From Eledone cirrhosa (taxonomy: Eukaryota): a DNA stretch of 64,000 bases. The notes under the pieces were generated by a model. The model made no database searches. It had not been told where the DNA came from and worked only from the letters and a program-made list of their open reading frames with translations. The stretch covers positions 212,474,001 to 212,538,000 of the forward strand of contig OZ024742.1 in NCBI GenBank assembly GCA_964016885.1, written 5' to 3'. Both the position numbers and the translations under genes were made by a program. Below are positions 25,548-39,790 of the stretch, in pieces. The stretch's first letter is position 1. Each line of letters opens with the position of its first letter.

Positions 25548-27121
25548 TACAGGCTATAACAGAGGAGTTTAAGACTGGCTGCTCATGGGAACTCCTGTAT
25601 ACGGATGATCTTACACTCATAGCTGAGTCTATTGTCGAACTAGAGAAGAAATTCCAAACTTGGAAGCATGGCCTAGAAACAAAGAGTCTTAAAGTCAACT
25701 GATAAAGATTAAGGTCCTAGTAAGTAGAAGGGAAAACAGAGACCTGGAATCCTTGGGGAAATGGCCTTGCTCAGTGTGTAGGAAAGGTGTAGGTAGAAAT
25801 TCCACCCTCTGTCTCAAATGAAAACTATGGGTACACAAGAGATGTAGTTTAGTTAAGAATGTAGGTTTTACATGTAGCCATTGCATCGGAGCAGTAAGCA
25901 GCAAACAACCATAGTACCCTGTATATATGTATGTATATTATCTGGTGGTCTTTAAGGAAATTAGGTGAAGAATGGTTGGTGAGAGTAGTGCAAGTCATGT
26001 ACAGAGGAGTTGTCAGCAAAGTGAGAGCAAGAAATGAGTTTAGTGAGGAATTCATGGTACAAATTAGGTTCTTAGCCCACTACTATTCATTATAGTCTTC
26101 CAAGCTATAACAGAGGAGTTTAAGACTGGCTGCCCATTGGAACATCTCTATGCAAATGATATGATCCTTATAGCTGAATCTATTTAAGACCTAGAAAATA
26201 GGTTCAGACTATGGAAAATTTAAAATCAAAAGGCCTAAGAGTACACTTAGCCAAAACTAAAGTGCTAGTGAGTAGGAGAGAAGATAGGACCCTGCTCAAT
26301 ATGTAGAAAGGGGGTAGGCATAAAGTCTATATGATGTACACAATGTAAATCTTGGGTACACAAGAGATATAATGTGATAATGGGTAGACTAAAAGGAAGA
26401 GAAGAGTTTGTATGTAGAGAATGGAGGGGGTAACTGAGGGAAGATAACCAATAATGTAAGCCAATTCCAGTCACAGGAAGGACCCATAGAAGTGGTTGAT
26501 AGCTTCTGCTATCTAAGCGATGTAATTAGCAATGAAGTGGGGGTGCTCTGAAAGCACAATAACTAGAAGAAGGATAGGATGGAAAAAGTTCAGAGAGCTA
26601 CTACCACAGTTGACTAGAAGGTTTAACCACAAAAGGTTTATCCCTACGTATGAAAGGATGACTGTATGACACCTGTGTGTGAAGTGTCAAGCTGCATGGT
26701 AGTGAAATATGGACTGTGACTGTGGAGGACATGCATAGACTGGAGAGAAATGAAGCAACCATGCTCTGTTGGATGTGCAATGTAAGTGTGAGAGAGAGGC
26801 AGAGTTTGGACAAGTTGAAGGAGAAGCTGGGTTAAAGAGGAATTCAAGGTAGTGTGCAGGAGAGATGACTGTGTTGGCTTGGACATGTGATGTGCATGGA
26901 TAATGATCGCTAGGCAAAGAAGTGCCAGTGGAAGGAAGCCACAGTAGAGGTAGACCAAGGAAGACCTGGGTGGAGGTGGTGTGAGCTGATCTCAAATTGC
27001 TGAGACTCACAGAGGAGATGACGAAGGAATGTAGTGAATGGAGAGATGCTGTGCTGAAAAGGCCCCTTCCAACCCATGCAAGCATGGAAAAAATAAATGT
27101 AAAAATGGCGATTATCATGAT
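25548..27121 (+). mobile_element. Two degenerate RTE RT/PHD fragments in tandem
   Basis: EEFKTGC.WELLY.DD remnants at about 25560 and 26110, and a terminal CCCATGCAAGCATGGAAAA motif at about 27073. Confidence 0.8.
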
Positions 27122-28226
27122 ATATATATATACTCATGTATATTAAAATTAATCATCTGCATTTTTTCAGCCTCCACATATCCTCTGCATCCATTACCTA
27201 GTTCTAGTTGGCACGCAAAATTGTACTTCTGATGCAGGCAACTAGAAAAAAACCCTTTATTGTCAGTAGAGGTAGTAACTCTCCCCTCTCCTGCACGTTT
27301 TCCATTCTATGCTCTTATTCTAGCTATTATGCTTTCAGAAAACCACCCCAACTATTAATTAGGTCACCTTCTATGGTATCTTCCCATTGTAAAATGTTTA
27401 TTTCACTTTTGCTCTATCCTTGTAAATTTGCCACATACAAAGTCTAGCTTTTATGTTAGCCTGTCTGTTATCACACTATACACTGTGTGTACATATTTTA
27501 TATTGTGTATATTGTATAGAATTCTTAGCTACTCTTGGAAATGGAGCATTATGGTTACATGCTTCCAAGTCCCAGTTTAATTGAAGATCAACCCTAATGG
27601 ACTGATAGAGTGGATCTTTGATAATAAGCAAGCTTGCCATGATCATCCAATCTTTTTATATACATCAAGGACTATATTAGTCAATATATCCTTTCTTTTT
27701 TAAGACAGTGAGAGTGTGATATAAAGGAATTTGATGACATTTCTAGCAGATCTAAAAAAATTACAAATGAGAAAGTTTTTAGGAATTGTTATAAGAGACA
27801 GAGGAACTATTTAGAGTAGTAAATTAAGCAGAGCTAAAGGGGTGGTGTGTTGGATGAACTTGGTAGCAGAAGAATATTAGTAAATGAGTAATTTGTACTT
27901 GAGATGGAAATAAAGCAGTTGGCAAATGTGACATTGGCAAAAAGAAAATGTTGTTAAGTCATATAGACAGAGTAGAAGTGTAAAGAAAGATTGTCTGAAG
28001 TGAGCAGAAATAGATTTATTGAGAGACGAAAATTGCAAGCCGTAGCTGGAAAAGCCTTTAAAAGCTATGAGATGAATGAAAATTTGTTTATTTATATAAT
28101 GGGTTGTGTAGTGACAAAAGAAGAGAAAAAAAATAATGTTGATTATAATTAGTGACTTTCATGATGTGCAAACTGATTTTCCATTTGCTTACATAATATT
28201 TCTTGGTTAAAATAAAGAAAAAATTA

Positions 28227-28445
<219 letters not shown>

Positions 28446-28539
28446 TTATATATTTTGCATAGTTATAAGACTATTCCCATCTAAAATTATACTCCTGTAA
28501 CAAAATCTCATGCATTTGATATAGAACAATTTGAAGGAT

Positions 28540-28935
28540 TAGAGTTGTTGTTTAGCTCAGTTGAGTCCTAATCAAGAGCCATGCTAAAAGAGATCGCAGC
28601 TGTGATCATTACATGTTTATTTTTAGATAGTATATTTAGGACAATATTGTCTAATGTGTCAAATTCCTTTTCAAGAGATAGGGATTTGAGGGAGATTTGA
28701 TTGCTATTTCTAGTAATGGTAATTGTTGCTGGTATGATGGTATCAGTAGTTATAGTTGGTGTAGTTCGATTATTAGGTCAGTTCTGATCAAGCAGACCTA
28801 TGACCGAATGTGTTGTAACCATGATCATCCAGTCTTTTTTCTACAAGACAGGATTACATTATTACATGTTCTTCCTTTTTAAAGATAGTAAGGTCTTATT
28901 TGAGTGAGATTTAGCTGATATTTCTGGTATATCAG
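28540..28935. repeat. Two tandem decayed copies of a short interspersed repeat (another at about 27570-27750)
   Basis: Recurrent GATTTGAGGGAGATTT..GCTATTTCTAG and TGATCAAGCAG..CCATGATCATCC motifs. Confidence 0.5.
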
Positions 28936-30409
28936 GCAACTACTTGGAGGTTTTCTCATTGGCTTGCTTCACACACCTACATACCTGTCTGTAAAAACAA
29001 TGAGAGTTAGGAGACAAGTGGATCTGGTATCTTCTTCTTACACAAACATGCTTGTACAAACACACACACATACATGCATGTACATACAGACACAAACATG
29101 CATATACATATACAAACATACACAAACAAGCAAGGGAATTTAGAATATAAATTTACAAAAGAATTTTGTATATGAAAGTTGCTATTTGAATAAAAGAATA
29201 TAACAATAGATATTAATAAATTAAAAAGAACTTAATGGAAGCGTAGCCCAGTTGATATATTTTAAAGTTTTGAGCATCTATCAAGCTTATATTCATTTTA
29301 TCCTTCTGATATTGATGAAATAATTGCTTGTAATTGGAACAGTGGTCAAATAGATTAAGAATAGGTGCCACACTTGTTTTCAATTCCACTTTAAAGCCAA
29401 CAAAAGGTTAATCTAGTGGTAATCTTTTGCTAATGACTTACTAAAGCTTCATAGACAATTTTATCGATTCAGTACAGAAAAAAAAAAATCATCATACAAG
29501 GCCACATATTTTGGAGAAGAAATATAATTAATTAAATTCCTGGTACTTTATGTTATCGAAACCCAGAAAGATGAAAGATAAAAACTAAGTTGAAATTAGA
29601 CTACAGAACAATAAAGGGAGCTAACTACACACATCATGGTACTTTGTCAGTCTACTACTTTTATCAACCACCAGTCTTTTTAATAATAATAATTTTTTCA
29701 AAATAAGCACAAATGCAATTTTCTAACAGGAAATATTGACAACTGATTTTCTCCGTTGTATTAGTGGTGCTCCAAGGTTGAGTGTTAAACCACCCAGAAT
29801 TATATTTAAATTCAAGCCAATTAGACTCTGACCTAGACTATCTCACCCAACTTAATGGCTTTCTATTCATAAAAATGCTTTTTTATATTTCAAAGCATGA
29901 ACTTAGCTTGAGACATTTTTAACTGAGTAAAAATAGAAGTCATGATATTCAAGCTATTGCCAAGAGTCTTTTAGGATGGGATCATCATCATCACTTTCTG
30001 TCCATTTTCCATACTGGCATTTGTGGGACAGGTTGTCAAGGTGTGAGACTAGACAGGTTGTCAAAATGTAGAACTAGATTAGTTAGAGGACATCTTTAAA
30101 AAACAACAACCATTTTTAGCATGGTTTCTAGAGGTGGATGCCCTTCCTAATGCCAATCGCTTTACAGACTGTACTAGGTGTATTTTATCACGGCACCAGC
30201 ATTACCACTTTACAGAATGCATGGATACATTTTATCATGGCACTAGAACTACCACTTTAGCAAATTCACTAGGTGCATTTATGGCACCAACAATACTGCC
30301 AGAAAGAGTAGAATGCGCATTTTATCATGGAGCCAGCACCAATACACACATACATATATATACATAAATAATATTGAAACTAAGACTATGTATTTGTAAA
30401 GTTGTCAGG

Positions 30410-30461
<52 letters not shown>

Positions 30462-30535
30462 CACACATATATAAATGAAAGGTATAGAAAACATTGTAGC
30501 AAAAACAGTATTCCATAATATATATATATATATCT

Positions 30536-33500
30536 CATCATCATCACCGTTTTACGTCCGTTCTTCCACGCTAGCATGGGTTAGACGGGTTGTCCTGTTG
30601 TTGTCAGTGTCTGGTCGGCTGACCATGCCTTGCTCATACAGGAACTGATTTGGCTTGATTTCTACAGCTGGATGCCCTTCCTAACACCAACCTCATTTAC
30701 AGTGAATGCTGGGTGCTTTTTCGTGGCGCTTACACGTCCACTTTACAGTGTGGCTGGGTGCTTTTTTGCCGTGGCACCTCCACGACCACCTTGCAGTGGG
30801 GGGTGTGGGGGCATATTGTCTATATGCTTCAGCTTGTACCCATGGGAGGTCGGGTACTCTGTATTACTGTGTGACGCCAGAGGTCACGGTCGTGTGTCAT
30901 CGGCTTTGAGAGGTGTAATTGGGTAAGGTCGGCTTTTATCACCTCATCCCAGGTCATCTTAGGTCTCCTCACTCCGCGGTTTCCATCGACTTCTAGTGCT
31001 CTGCACCTTTTTATGCAGCTGTCATCCTTCATACGCATCACATGTCCATACCAGCACAACCGCCTCTCCTGCACACAGCATTTGATTCCTCTTATGCTCA
31101 GTCTCTCTCTCAATTCATTTATGCTTTGTCGTTCACGTATATTACTGTTACACATCCATCGGAGCATGCAGGCTTCGTTTCTCTCTAATCTACGTAAGTC
31201 TTCCACCTTCAGCGCCCAGGTCTCAACATTGCTGTTCAGATACACGCATCATACAGTCTGCCTTTCATTTTGAGGGAGAAGCCTTTTGCAGCTAGCAGTA
31301 GTAGTAGTTCCCTAAACTTCTTCCATCCCGTTCTTACCCTAGTTATTGTACTTTCTGAACACCCACCTCCGCTGCTAATTCGGTCACCTAGGTAGCAGAA
31401 GCTGTCTACTGTTTCTACAGAGCCCTCCCAGAGATTGGTGGTACTTGTTTCCTGTGGCTGTTTGCTGCTTGCTGTCCCAGCACAGCTGCTGCATGTGAAG
31501 CCTACATTCTTAATTAAGCTTCCTGAGATCCCGCTACATCTCTTGTGTACCCATTGTTTGCATTTGGGGCAGAGAATGAAGTTCCTACCTACACCTTTCC
31601 TACATACTGAGCAAGGCCATTTCCCTGAGGGGATCTGGGTTCTGTTTTCTCGTCTACTTACAAGGACCTTAGTCTTTGTCATGTTGACTCTGAGACCCTT
31701 TCTTTCTAGTCCCTGCTTCCAAGTTTGGAATTTCTTCTCTAGTTCTACCATAGATTCAGCTATAAGTGCGAGGTCATCAGCATACAGGAGTTCCTATGGG
31801 CATCCGGTCTTAAACTTCTTCATTATTGCCTGCAGGACTATGATGAACAGGAGGGGGCTAAGAACAGAGCTCTGGTGGACCCCAACCTGTACGCTAAACT
31901 CATTGCTAATCCTAACTTTGCTGACTGCTCCCCTATACATGGCTTGTACCGCTTTCACAAGCCATTCATCTACTCCTAGTTTTCTAAGAGCCCACCAGAT
32001 TACAGCACGTGGAACTCTGTCAAAGGCTTTCTCAAGGTCGACAAATGCCAGGTAGAGTGGTTTACTTTTAGCTAGGTACTTTTCCTGTAACTGCCTCACA
32101 AGGAAGAGGGCATCAGTGGTGCCTCTTCCTGGTACAAACCCAAATTGCATCTCGTCTAGTTTCACCCGGTCCCTAATCAACTGTGCTATAACTCTTTCTG
32201 TTACTTTCATGACCTGGTCCATCAGCTTTATACCTCTATCTAGTGCATCACCTTTACCTTTGTAGCAGTTGACAATGATGCTACTGCACCAATCTTTTGG
32301 TATGACACCTTCTAGTATTACCTGGTTAACAATACGTGTGGTTATAGTGTGACCTACAGACCCAGATGCCTTCAGCATCTCGGCAGCTATACCCGATGGA
32401 CCGGTTGCCTTCCCCCATCTTCATATCTTTGATTGCCTTACTTACTACGTTGCTGCTGACCCCTCTATAGGGTCTACTTGGGGTAGGGTCTCTTCTTCCC
32501 ATGCATTCTTCTCATTTAGTAATCTATCATAATGACTCTTCCATGCATCTTTCTTCTCAGCACTTGTGAGGGCAAGCTCACCTTTATCATTCCGGATACA
32601 CTTCTCTCCAATGACATCACAAGTCTCTCTGACACACTGTCTTGCAATCTTGAACACCTCCTGTTTCTGGTCCTCACGTTGCAAAACATGCTTGAATTTT
32701 CTATCCTCTGCTTCCCTCCTAGCTAAGTATACTTGTCGCCTAGCTTCCCTCTTGGTCTCTATGTAATGTACCCTGCTCCCCCCGTTCTTCCATTCTTTCC
32801 ATGCCTGTCTCTTGGCCTTAACTGCTTCATCTACCTTATTGTTCCACCACCAAGTCACTCCCCTCCTGCTTGAGGTCTTACTCCAGCCACAGACCTCATC
32901 CGTCGCCTCTAGTAAGTTATTTTTTAGGAACTCCCAGTTCTCTTCTACATTGAATGTCTCTATCTGTTCTTCTTTACTGTCGTAGGCGTTGAGTAAAATA
33001 TCTTTAAATCTGTTACTGGTTGAGGGGTTTTTCAGCTTCCAGATCTTTCTTCTCCAGGTTGGCCTCTGCTTCCAGGTTCGTCTAGTTCTGACTGTGAGGT
33101 CGCTGACAACTAAGCTATGTTGGGATGTACATTCCTCACTAGGGAAGGCTTTTGTGTTTACGACCGTCCATCTGTCATGTCCTCTGATGAGGATAAAATC
33201 TATCTGACTAGAGTGCTCCCCTGATCTATAGGTGATTAGGTGGTTGTCGGGTTTTTTAAAGTTTGTGTTACATATCGACATGTCATTGGCGTCGCAGAAT
33301 TCTAGAAGTCTGAATCCTTCCTCATTTCTTGTGCCAACCCCATGGCCTCCATGTACTCTATTGAAGCCGTCGCAGTGTTTACTTACGTGTCCGTTAAAAT
33401 CTCCTGCGATGATTAGGAAGTCATTGTCGTCTGTTAGAGCAGTAGTGTGCATTAGAGACTCGTAAAACCTATCCTTAAGTTCGTCTGGCAGCCCCGATTG

Positions 33501-34440
33501 GGGTGCGTAAGCTGATATTATTGTGGTAATTGTTTTATTCAGGACTAGTCTGAGTTTGATGATTCTTGCATTTATCCTGTACACTGAGATTACTTTATCT
33601 ACCCACTTGTCAGCTAGTAGTATACCTACACCACCCATCCCATCGTCATTTCCCACCGAGAAAGATTTGTAGCACCGACTTTTTCCTACAAGGACTCTAG
33701 CAGACTCTCCTCTCCATCTAGTCTCTTGCACACAGCATACATCAATTTCCTTTCGCTCTAGCATTTCTACGATTTCTCCTGCTCTTCCTTTCATTGAGCC
33801 TACATTGATAGTACCAACTCGGAGTTTTGGGCATTTGTTGCCACTCGTAGGGAAGGGTCTCTGGATTGGCGCTTCACATGGGTGCTTGGTAGCTCGCAGA
33901 TTCATATTTCATCTATTAATTCAGAGTTGCTCAAATTTATTCTCAGCTCATCCATCCATAGCGGTAGGAAAATTGAGGGCTAGAAGAACAGTGATGGTGG
34001 GATAATGGCAGGGTGTGTTGGGCTGGGACAGGGGAGGAGAGAGTTAGTTAGGTAGTAGTAGCAGAAGAAATGGCATGCTGAGGTTTGATTGGTCGAATAG
34101 GCTATGGTGGTGTGAGGGGGGTGGGTGGGAGGGCTATGGTGGTGTGAGGGGGGTGGGTGGGAGGGAAATTGTGAGGTAGGGAGAGAGGGTCGCCGTCAAG
34201 ATGGATGACTGGAACGAAGCCAAATCAACTCTAGTGATTCATTTTAGCCTTTCAGAATAGAGTGTCTTATCTCTTCAATAGCTTCAAGATGAGTGAGGTG
34301 GAATGGGTGAAGAGAGAACGGGAGGTAATGGGTGGCTTAGAGATAGATAGAGGGTAGCCATCATAGAGAGAAAGATAGAGAGAGGGGGTAGCCATCATAG
34401 AGAGAGAGGGTCGCCGCATGGCAAAGTAGCCGATAGAATA
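30536..34440 (-). mobile_element. Near-full-length but disrupted RTE LINE, subfamily B
   Basis: ORF pieces 32445-33905, 31794-32378, 31236-31751 and 30829-31245 tile endonuclease, RT and PHD, with frameshifts and a stop. (CAT)n tail at 30536. Confidence 0.93.
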
Positions 34441-34926
34441 CATCAACAATAATATTAATAATTGTTTCTACTATTGGCACAAGGCCAGCAATTACCCAGT
34501 ACATTACTGGTACTTTATTTTATCGACCCCGTAAGGATGAAAGGCAAAGTTAACCTGCAAGGGCCGTAACTCTATGTGTCAAATCATGGTGTCCGACCCT
34601 CTACCGATACTGCCAATTCACCGCAATAATAGCCAGTCATGGCCTGTAGCCTTTGATGGAAAAATAGACAGAATACTTCATACAAAATACTTCATTCATA
34701 CATATATATATATAGAGAGAGAGGCCTGACAACTTTACAAATACATTGTAACAATGTGTGTGAATATCTCATGACAATATTTGAGACATTTCTTTTACTG
34801 GTTTCAGTCACTAGACTGTGGTCAGGCTGGGGCATCTGACATGCATTTTATCAATCTCTTTTTGTTAAGCTACCAAGTTATGGATACAAATGCGGGCATA
34901 CACACACGTGTATATATATATATATA

Positions 34927-37262
34927 TCAAGTGGCCAGGAGGGAAGCTAGGAGACAAGTGTACTTCGCAAGAAGGGAAGCAGAGGAAAGAAAGTTCAAGC
35001 ATGTTCTACAACGCGAGGACCAAAAACGTGAGGTGTTCAGGATTGCTAGGCAATGTGCCAAGGAAAACCGTGATATTGTCGAAGAGAAGTGTGTCCTTAA
35101 TGATGATGGTGTACTTGCCATCACTGACGCTGATAAGAAGGTAGCTTGGAAGTGTCACTACGAAAGGCTACTAAACGAGGAGAATAAATGGGAGAAAGAC
35201 AGTCTCCCCCACATCGATCCAATAGAGGGACCAGCAGTACTAGTTGAAGGTAGTATAATAAGTAAGGCAATCAAAGATCTGAAGATGGGTAAGGCGGCTG
35301 GGCCTTCGGAAATAGTTGCTGAAATGCTGAAAGCATCTGGAACGGTGGGACACACTATGGTCACCTGGATAGTAAACCAAGTCATACAGAATGGGGCTGT
35401 TCCGAAGGACTGGCGTAGCAGCATCATCATTAACTGATACAAGGGTAAAGGAGATGACCTAGATAGGGGTAACTATAGAGGTATTAAATTAATCGACCAG
35501 GTCATGAAGGTCACAGAAAAAGTAATAGCGCAACTAATCAGAGAACGAATTGATCTAGATGAAATGCAGTTCGGGTTTGTGTCGGGTAAAAGTACCACAG
35601 ACGCTCTTTTCATTGTACGACAACTACAGAAGTACCTAGCTAAAAGTAAACCCCTATACTTAGCTTTTGTTGACTTGGAGAAAGCCTTTGACAGAGTCCC
35701 CTGCTCCATTATCTGGTGGGCTCTTAGAAAACTAGGTGTTGATGAATGGCTTGTGAGAGCTATACAAGCCATGTATAAAGAAACAGTCAGCAAGGTTAGA
35801 ATTAACAACGAATATAATGAAGAGTTTAGCGTAAAAGTTGGTGTTCATCAGGGCTCCGTTCTTAGCCCCCTACTATTTATTATTGCCCTTCAGGCTATAA
35901 CAGAGGAGTTCAAGACCGGCTGCCCATGGGAACTCATATATGCAGATGATCTAACGCTCATAGCTGAATCAATGGCTGAACTAGAGAAGAAATTCCAAAC
36001 ATGGAAGCATGGCCTAGAATCAAAAAGCCTTAAAGTTAACTTGTCTAAGACTAAAGTTCTAGTTTGTAGGAAGGAAAATAGGGCACCGGCTCCCTCTGGG
36101 AAATGGCCATGCTCAGTGTGTAGGAAAGGAGTAGGCAGAAACTCCATTTTATGTCCCAAATGCAAAGTATGGATGCATAAAAGATGTAGTGGGATCACAG
36201 GTAAACTAACTAAGAATATAGATTTTATATGTGGCCAGTGCTCTGGTGCAATAAGTAGCAGCAAGTGCCCACAGAATACTAGCTCATTCCATTGCACAGA
36301 TGGTTTTATAGAAATAGTGGACACCTTCCGTTACCTGGGTGACAAAATCAGCAGTGGGGGAGGGTGCTCTGAAAGTACAGTAGCTAGAGTCAGAACAGGA
36401 TGGAAAAAGTTCAGAGAGCTTATACCACTATTGGCCGCTAAAGGGTTCTCTCTAAAAATGAAAGGCAGGCTGTATGATGCCTGCATACGAACAGCAATGT
36501 TACATGGCAGTGAGACCTGGGCATTGTGTGCAGAGGATATACGCAGACTGGAGAGAAATGAAGCTTGCATGCTCCGCTAGATGTGTAATAGTAATATACG
36601 TGAACGGCAAAGCATAAACGAACTGAGGGAGAAATTAGGAATAAGAGGGATCAGATGTTGTTTACTCGAGAGAAGACTACGTTGGTACGGTCACGTGATG
36701 CGCATGAAAGACGACAGTTGTATAAAAAAGTGCAGAGCAATAAAAATTAGACGGTAGCCACGAAGTAGGCAGACCCAGAAAAACCTGGGACGACTTGATA
36801 AATTCCGACCTCACACACTTACACCTCTCCAAGACAATGACACTGGACCGAGATCTTTGGCGCTACACAGTTATACAGAAGACCTGCCTTGCCTAAGTAC
36901 AAAGCGAAACCTACATTCAGTAGGCACCTCTAACAAAAATCACCCCCGTCCCACTATCCCCACCCCATTAAATGTGAAGTTATGTTGGTACCACAACATC
37001 AAGTCCGAAACAAATGAGGTCGTGTAGGTGTCATGTCAAAAAAACACACAGTCCACGCTGTAATGTGGCCGTGTAGGTAACACGGTAAAAACCTCCCAGT
37101 CCACACTGTAAACGTGGTTGGTGTTAGGAAGGGCATCCAGCCGTAGAAAACCCACCAGACAGTCCTATATGAGCAGGACAACCAATCTTGCCTCAAGTGG
37201 GAAAACTCCCGTCCAAACCCATGCAAGCGTGAAAGATGGACGTTAAACGATGATGATGATGA
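34927..37262 (+). mobile_element. 5'-truncated RTE LINE, subfamily A-like
   Basis: ORFs 34781-35437 and 35504-36580 match the 1052-aa ORF. Starts at a TA tract and ends in (GAT)n. Confidence 0.92.
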
Positions 37263-37271
37263 TATATATAT

Positions 37272-37640
37272 ATCATCATCATCATCATCATCATCGTTTA
37301 ACGTCTATTTTCCATGGCAAGATGTGCTGTCCTGTTGTGAGACATCCAGGTTGGAGGACTATGTTTTGCTCACAGAGAACTGATTTTGGTTTTTACGGCT
37401 GGATATCCCCTTCCTAACGCCAACCACATTTACAGAGTGAACTGGGCACTTTTATTGTGACACCTACATTACTACTTTACAGTGTGAAATGGGTGCTTTT
37501 TGTTGTGACACCTACATGACTACTTTACAGTGTGGGCTGGGTGCTTTTTGTCATGACACCTACACGATCACTTGACAGTTTGGACTGGGCGCTTACTGTC
37601 ATGGCTCCAGGATGACCACTTTATGGTGTGGATTGAGGAT
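37272..37640 (-). mobile_element. RTE-related 3' UTR/SINE fragment with internal repeats of about 45 bp
   Basis: (CAT)n-CGTTTAACGTC start and repeated GACACCTACA..ACTTTACAGTGTGG units. Relatives at about 11595-11790, 29982-30340 and 38194-38600. Confidence 0.65.
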
Positions 37641-37725
37641 TTGGGTGGGATGATTACAGCGAAAGAGGTGTATGGAAAGGGAGGTGGTACATACTAGATG
37701 TATGGGTCTTCTGTATTACAGCACA

Positions 37726-38020
37726 TCATCATCACCATTTAATGTATTTTTTTCACATCAGTTCCATCTGTTTTTTACATCCAAACCTACATGCTGGCAT
37801 GGGTTTGAACGGGATGGTTTGAGACAATGTTTTACAGCTGGATACCTTTCCTGACATGTGTTTCTGCAGTTTCTGCATACCAAATTCTATTTACAAGGAA
37901 CTGACCAGCTTGAAGCCATTGTAGAAACACTTGCCTAAGGTGCCGCTCAACTGGACTGAACCTAAAACCACGTGATTGTAAAGTGAATTCCTTAAGCACA
38001 CAGCCATTCCTGTACCACAG
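37726..38020 (-). mobile_element. tRNA-derived SINE with an RTE-like 3' tail
   Basis: B-box-like GGTTCAGTCC, CACCTTAGGCAAGTGTTTCTAC, AGGAAAGGTATCCAGCTGTAAAAC, CCCATGCCAGCATG and (GAT)n. Confidence 0.65.
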
Positions 38021-38636
38021 GCTTAATTTCTTTTTAAACAAATCAATGACAGACAGCTAATCAAACACACCACAAGTGGTTATTGTAAGATGACCTAGAT
38101 GATGTGATGCAGAAGCAGTTTGACTAGAATAATAATAGATTAGGGAAAAGCCAGCTAAATTCAAGTTAGCTTTTTGTGTTATTATTACTATTATCATCAT
38201 CATCATCACTGTTTAACATCTATTTTCTATACTTGCATGGGTTAGACGGGTTGTCATGTTATGATGCCAGACAGGTCAAGTGACCACGTCTTGCTCATAT
38301 GATCTGTTTTGGGCTTGGTTTTCTTTGGCTGGATGCCATTTCTAACACCAACCACCTGACAGAGTTGAATGGGTGCTTTTTGTTGTGACACCTACATGAC
38401 TACTTTACAGTGTGGGCTGTTATGTCATCGGCACAACCACCTTACAGAGTGGACTGAGGCTTTTTTTTTTGTCATGTTACCAGCACAATTTCCTTATAGG
38501 GTGGACTGCATGCTTTTTTGTAGTGGCACCAGTACTACCCCCTTACAGGGTGGACTGGGTACTTTTTCTCGTGGCATCAGCACTACCCCCTTACAGGGTG
38601 GTATTTGGCTTGCCATGTGTTCTGTTTGTTTTATAT

Positions 38637-38824
38637 AATAATTGTTTCTACTTTAGGCACAAGGCCAGCAATTACCCAGTGCATTACTGGTACTTTATTT
38701 TATCGACCCCGTAAGGATGAAAGGCAAAGTCAACCTCGGCGGGATTTGAACTCAGATCGTAAAGGGACGTAACTATGCTGGAAAGCATGGCGTCCGACCC
38801 TCTACCGATACTGCCAATCCACCG
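38637..38824 (-). mobile_element. tRNA-derived SINE with a Nin/Deu-domain-like core
   Basis: A-box TGGCAGTATCGG, B-box GTTCAAATC and GCCTTTCATCCTTACGGGGTCGATAAAATAAAGTACCAG. Copies at 34458-34625 (minus) and 20478-20575 (plus), decayed at about 3620-3820. Confidence 0.8.
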
Positions 38825-38837
38825 TTTGTTTTATATA

Positions 38838-39790
38838 ATAATGAAATGAAATTATTGTGTACAGTGCTCAGGTGCACTACAACTCATCAAAGGTGCATGT
38901 ATAGTACATAGAATAATGTACATATTTCCAGATCATACTGTCAGGGTTGGTTGCTATGCGCTGTTCAAATTCAAGCACTGCTCTTTTTGTCACTTGCTTG
39001 AGAAGGCTGGATGATTTATTGCGCTTTTTTCTACTGATATCTGATTTATGCAGTTTGTATTCCCATTCAGCATTATGATGTTCTTTCCTGGCACAAGTGA
39101 GACTGCTGAAGTCACCCAAATTGTACTTTTAGGATATATTTTGTGCTTATGTTGTACTGATGCTGCACATGCTGTCCATATTGAGTTCAGGATGTTGTGA
39201 AGTATAGTGTTCACATCTCCAGAGTCGTAAAGCCAGTTTGGGCATTGTAGCTCGGAGCAGTAAGAGTTCCAGTCTGCTTTATTCTAATCAAAGCGAGCAG
39301 TTTGGAGATGGCTGTGGTTTTTGCTACTGCCCATAAGAGACAGATTGGCAATGACCGTAGCATGATCAGAGTCACCTAAAGGTTCCTCAGTAGTAACACT
39401 GATAACCGTTTCAGGAGTAGTGGTAAAAAGTAGATCCAAAGTGTTGTCACCTCTTGTTGGGGAGATGACTACTTGGGACCAGTTCAAGTTCAGCACTAGC
39501 TCAAGGAAATCATTTGCACTTTGCGGCCAACGAAAGGTTTCCCAGTCAATCTCAGAGGGATTGAAGTCGCCTGCAATAAAAACATAAGTGGCTGTTTTCC
39601 TGGCGGCAGCTCTGAGGATATCACAAAGCTGTGTGGTCTGATGGTAATTTGGAGGCAGTAAACAACTCCAAGTAAAAGTGTTGACATGATCATACGTATA
39701 TTGAAAAATATTTCTTGTTGTGATTGGTTCAAATCAAGGCAAGGAATCGCTGAAAAGTTTGAACGAACGTAGATCATCACACCTATTTTG
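38838..39790 (-). mobile_element. Internally deleted CR1-like LINE (endonuclease region fused to the 3' terminus)
   Basis: AGDFN and PTRGDNTLDLLFT..LGDSDH motifs. 38845-38920 is the reverse complement of the 3' end of the element at 41355-42477. Confidence 0.75.

Noticed and set aside
37430-37630. Regularly spaced repeats resembling a CRISPR array
   Set aside because: They are degenerate tandem units without unique spacers, in a eukaryotic retroelement UTR with no cas genes.
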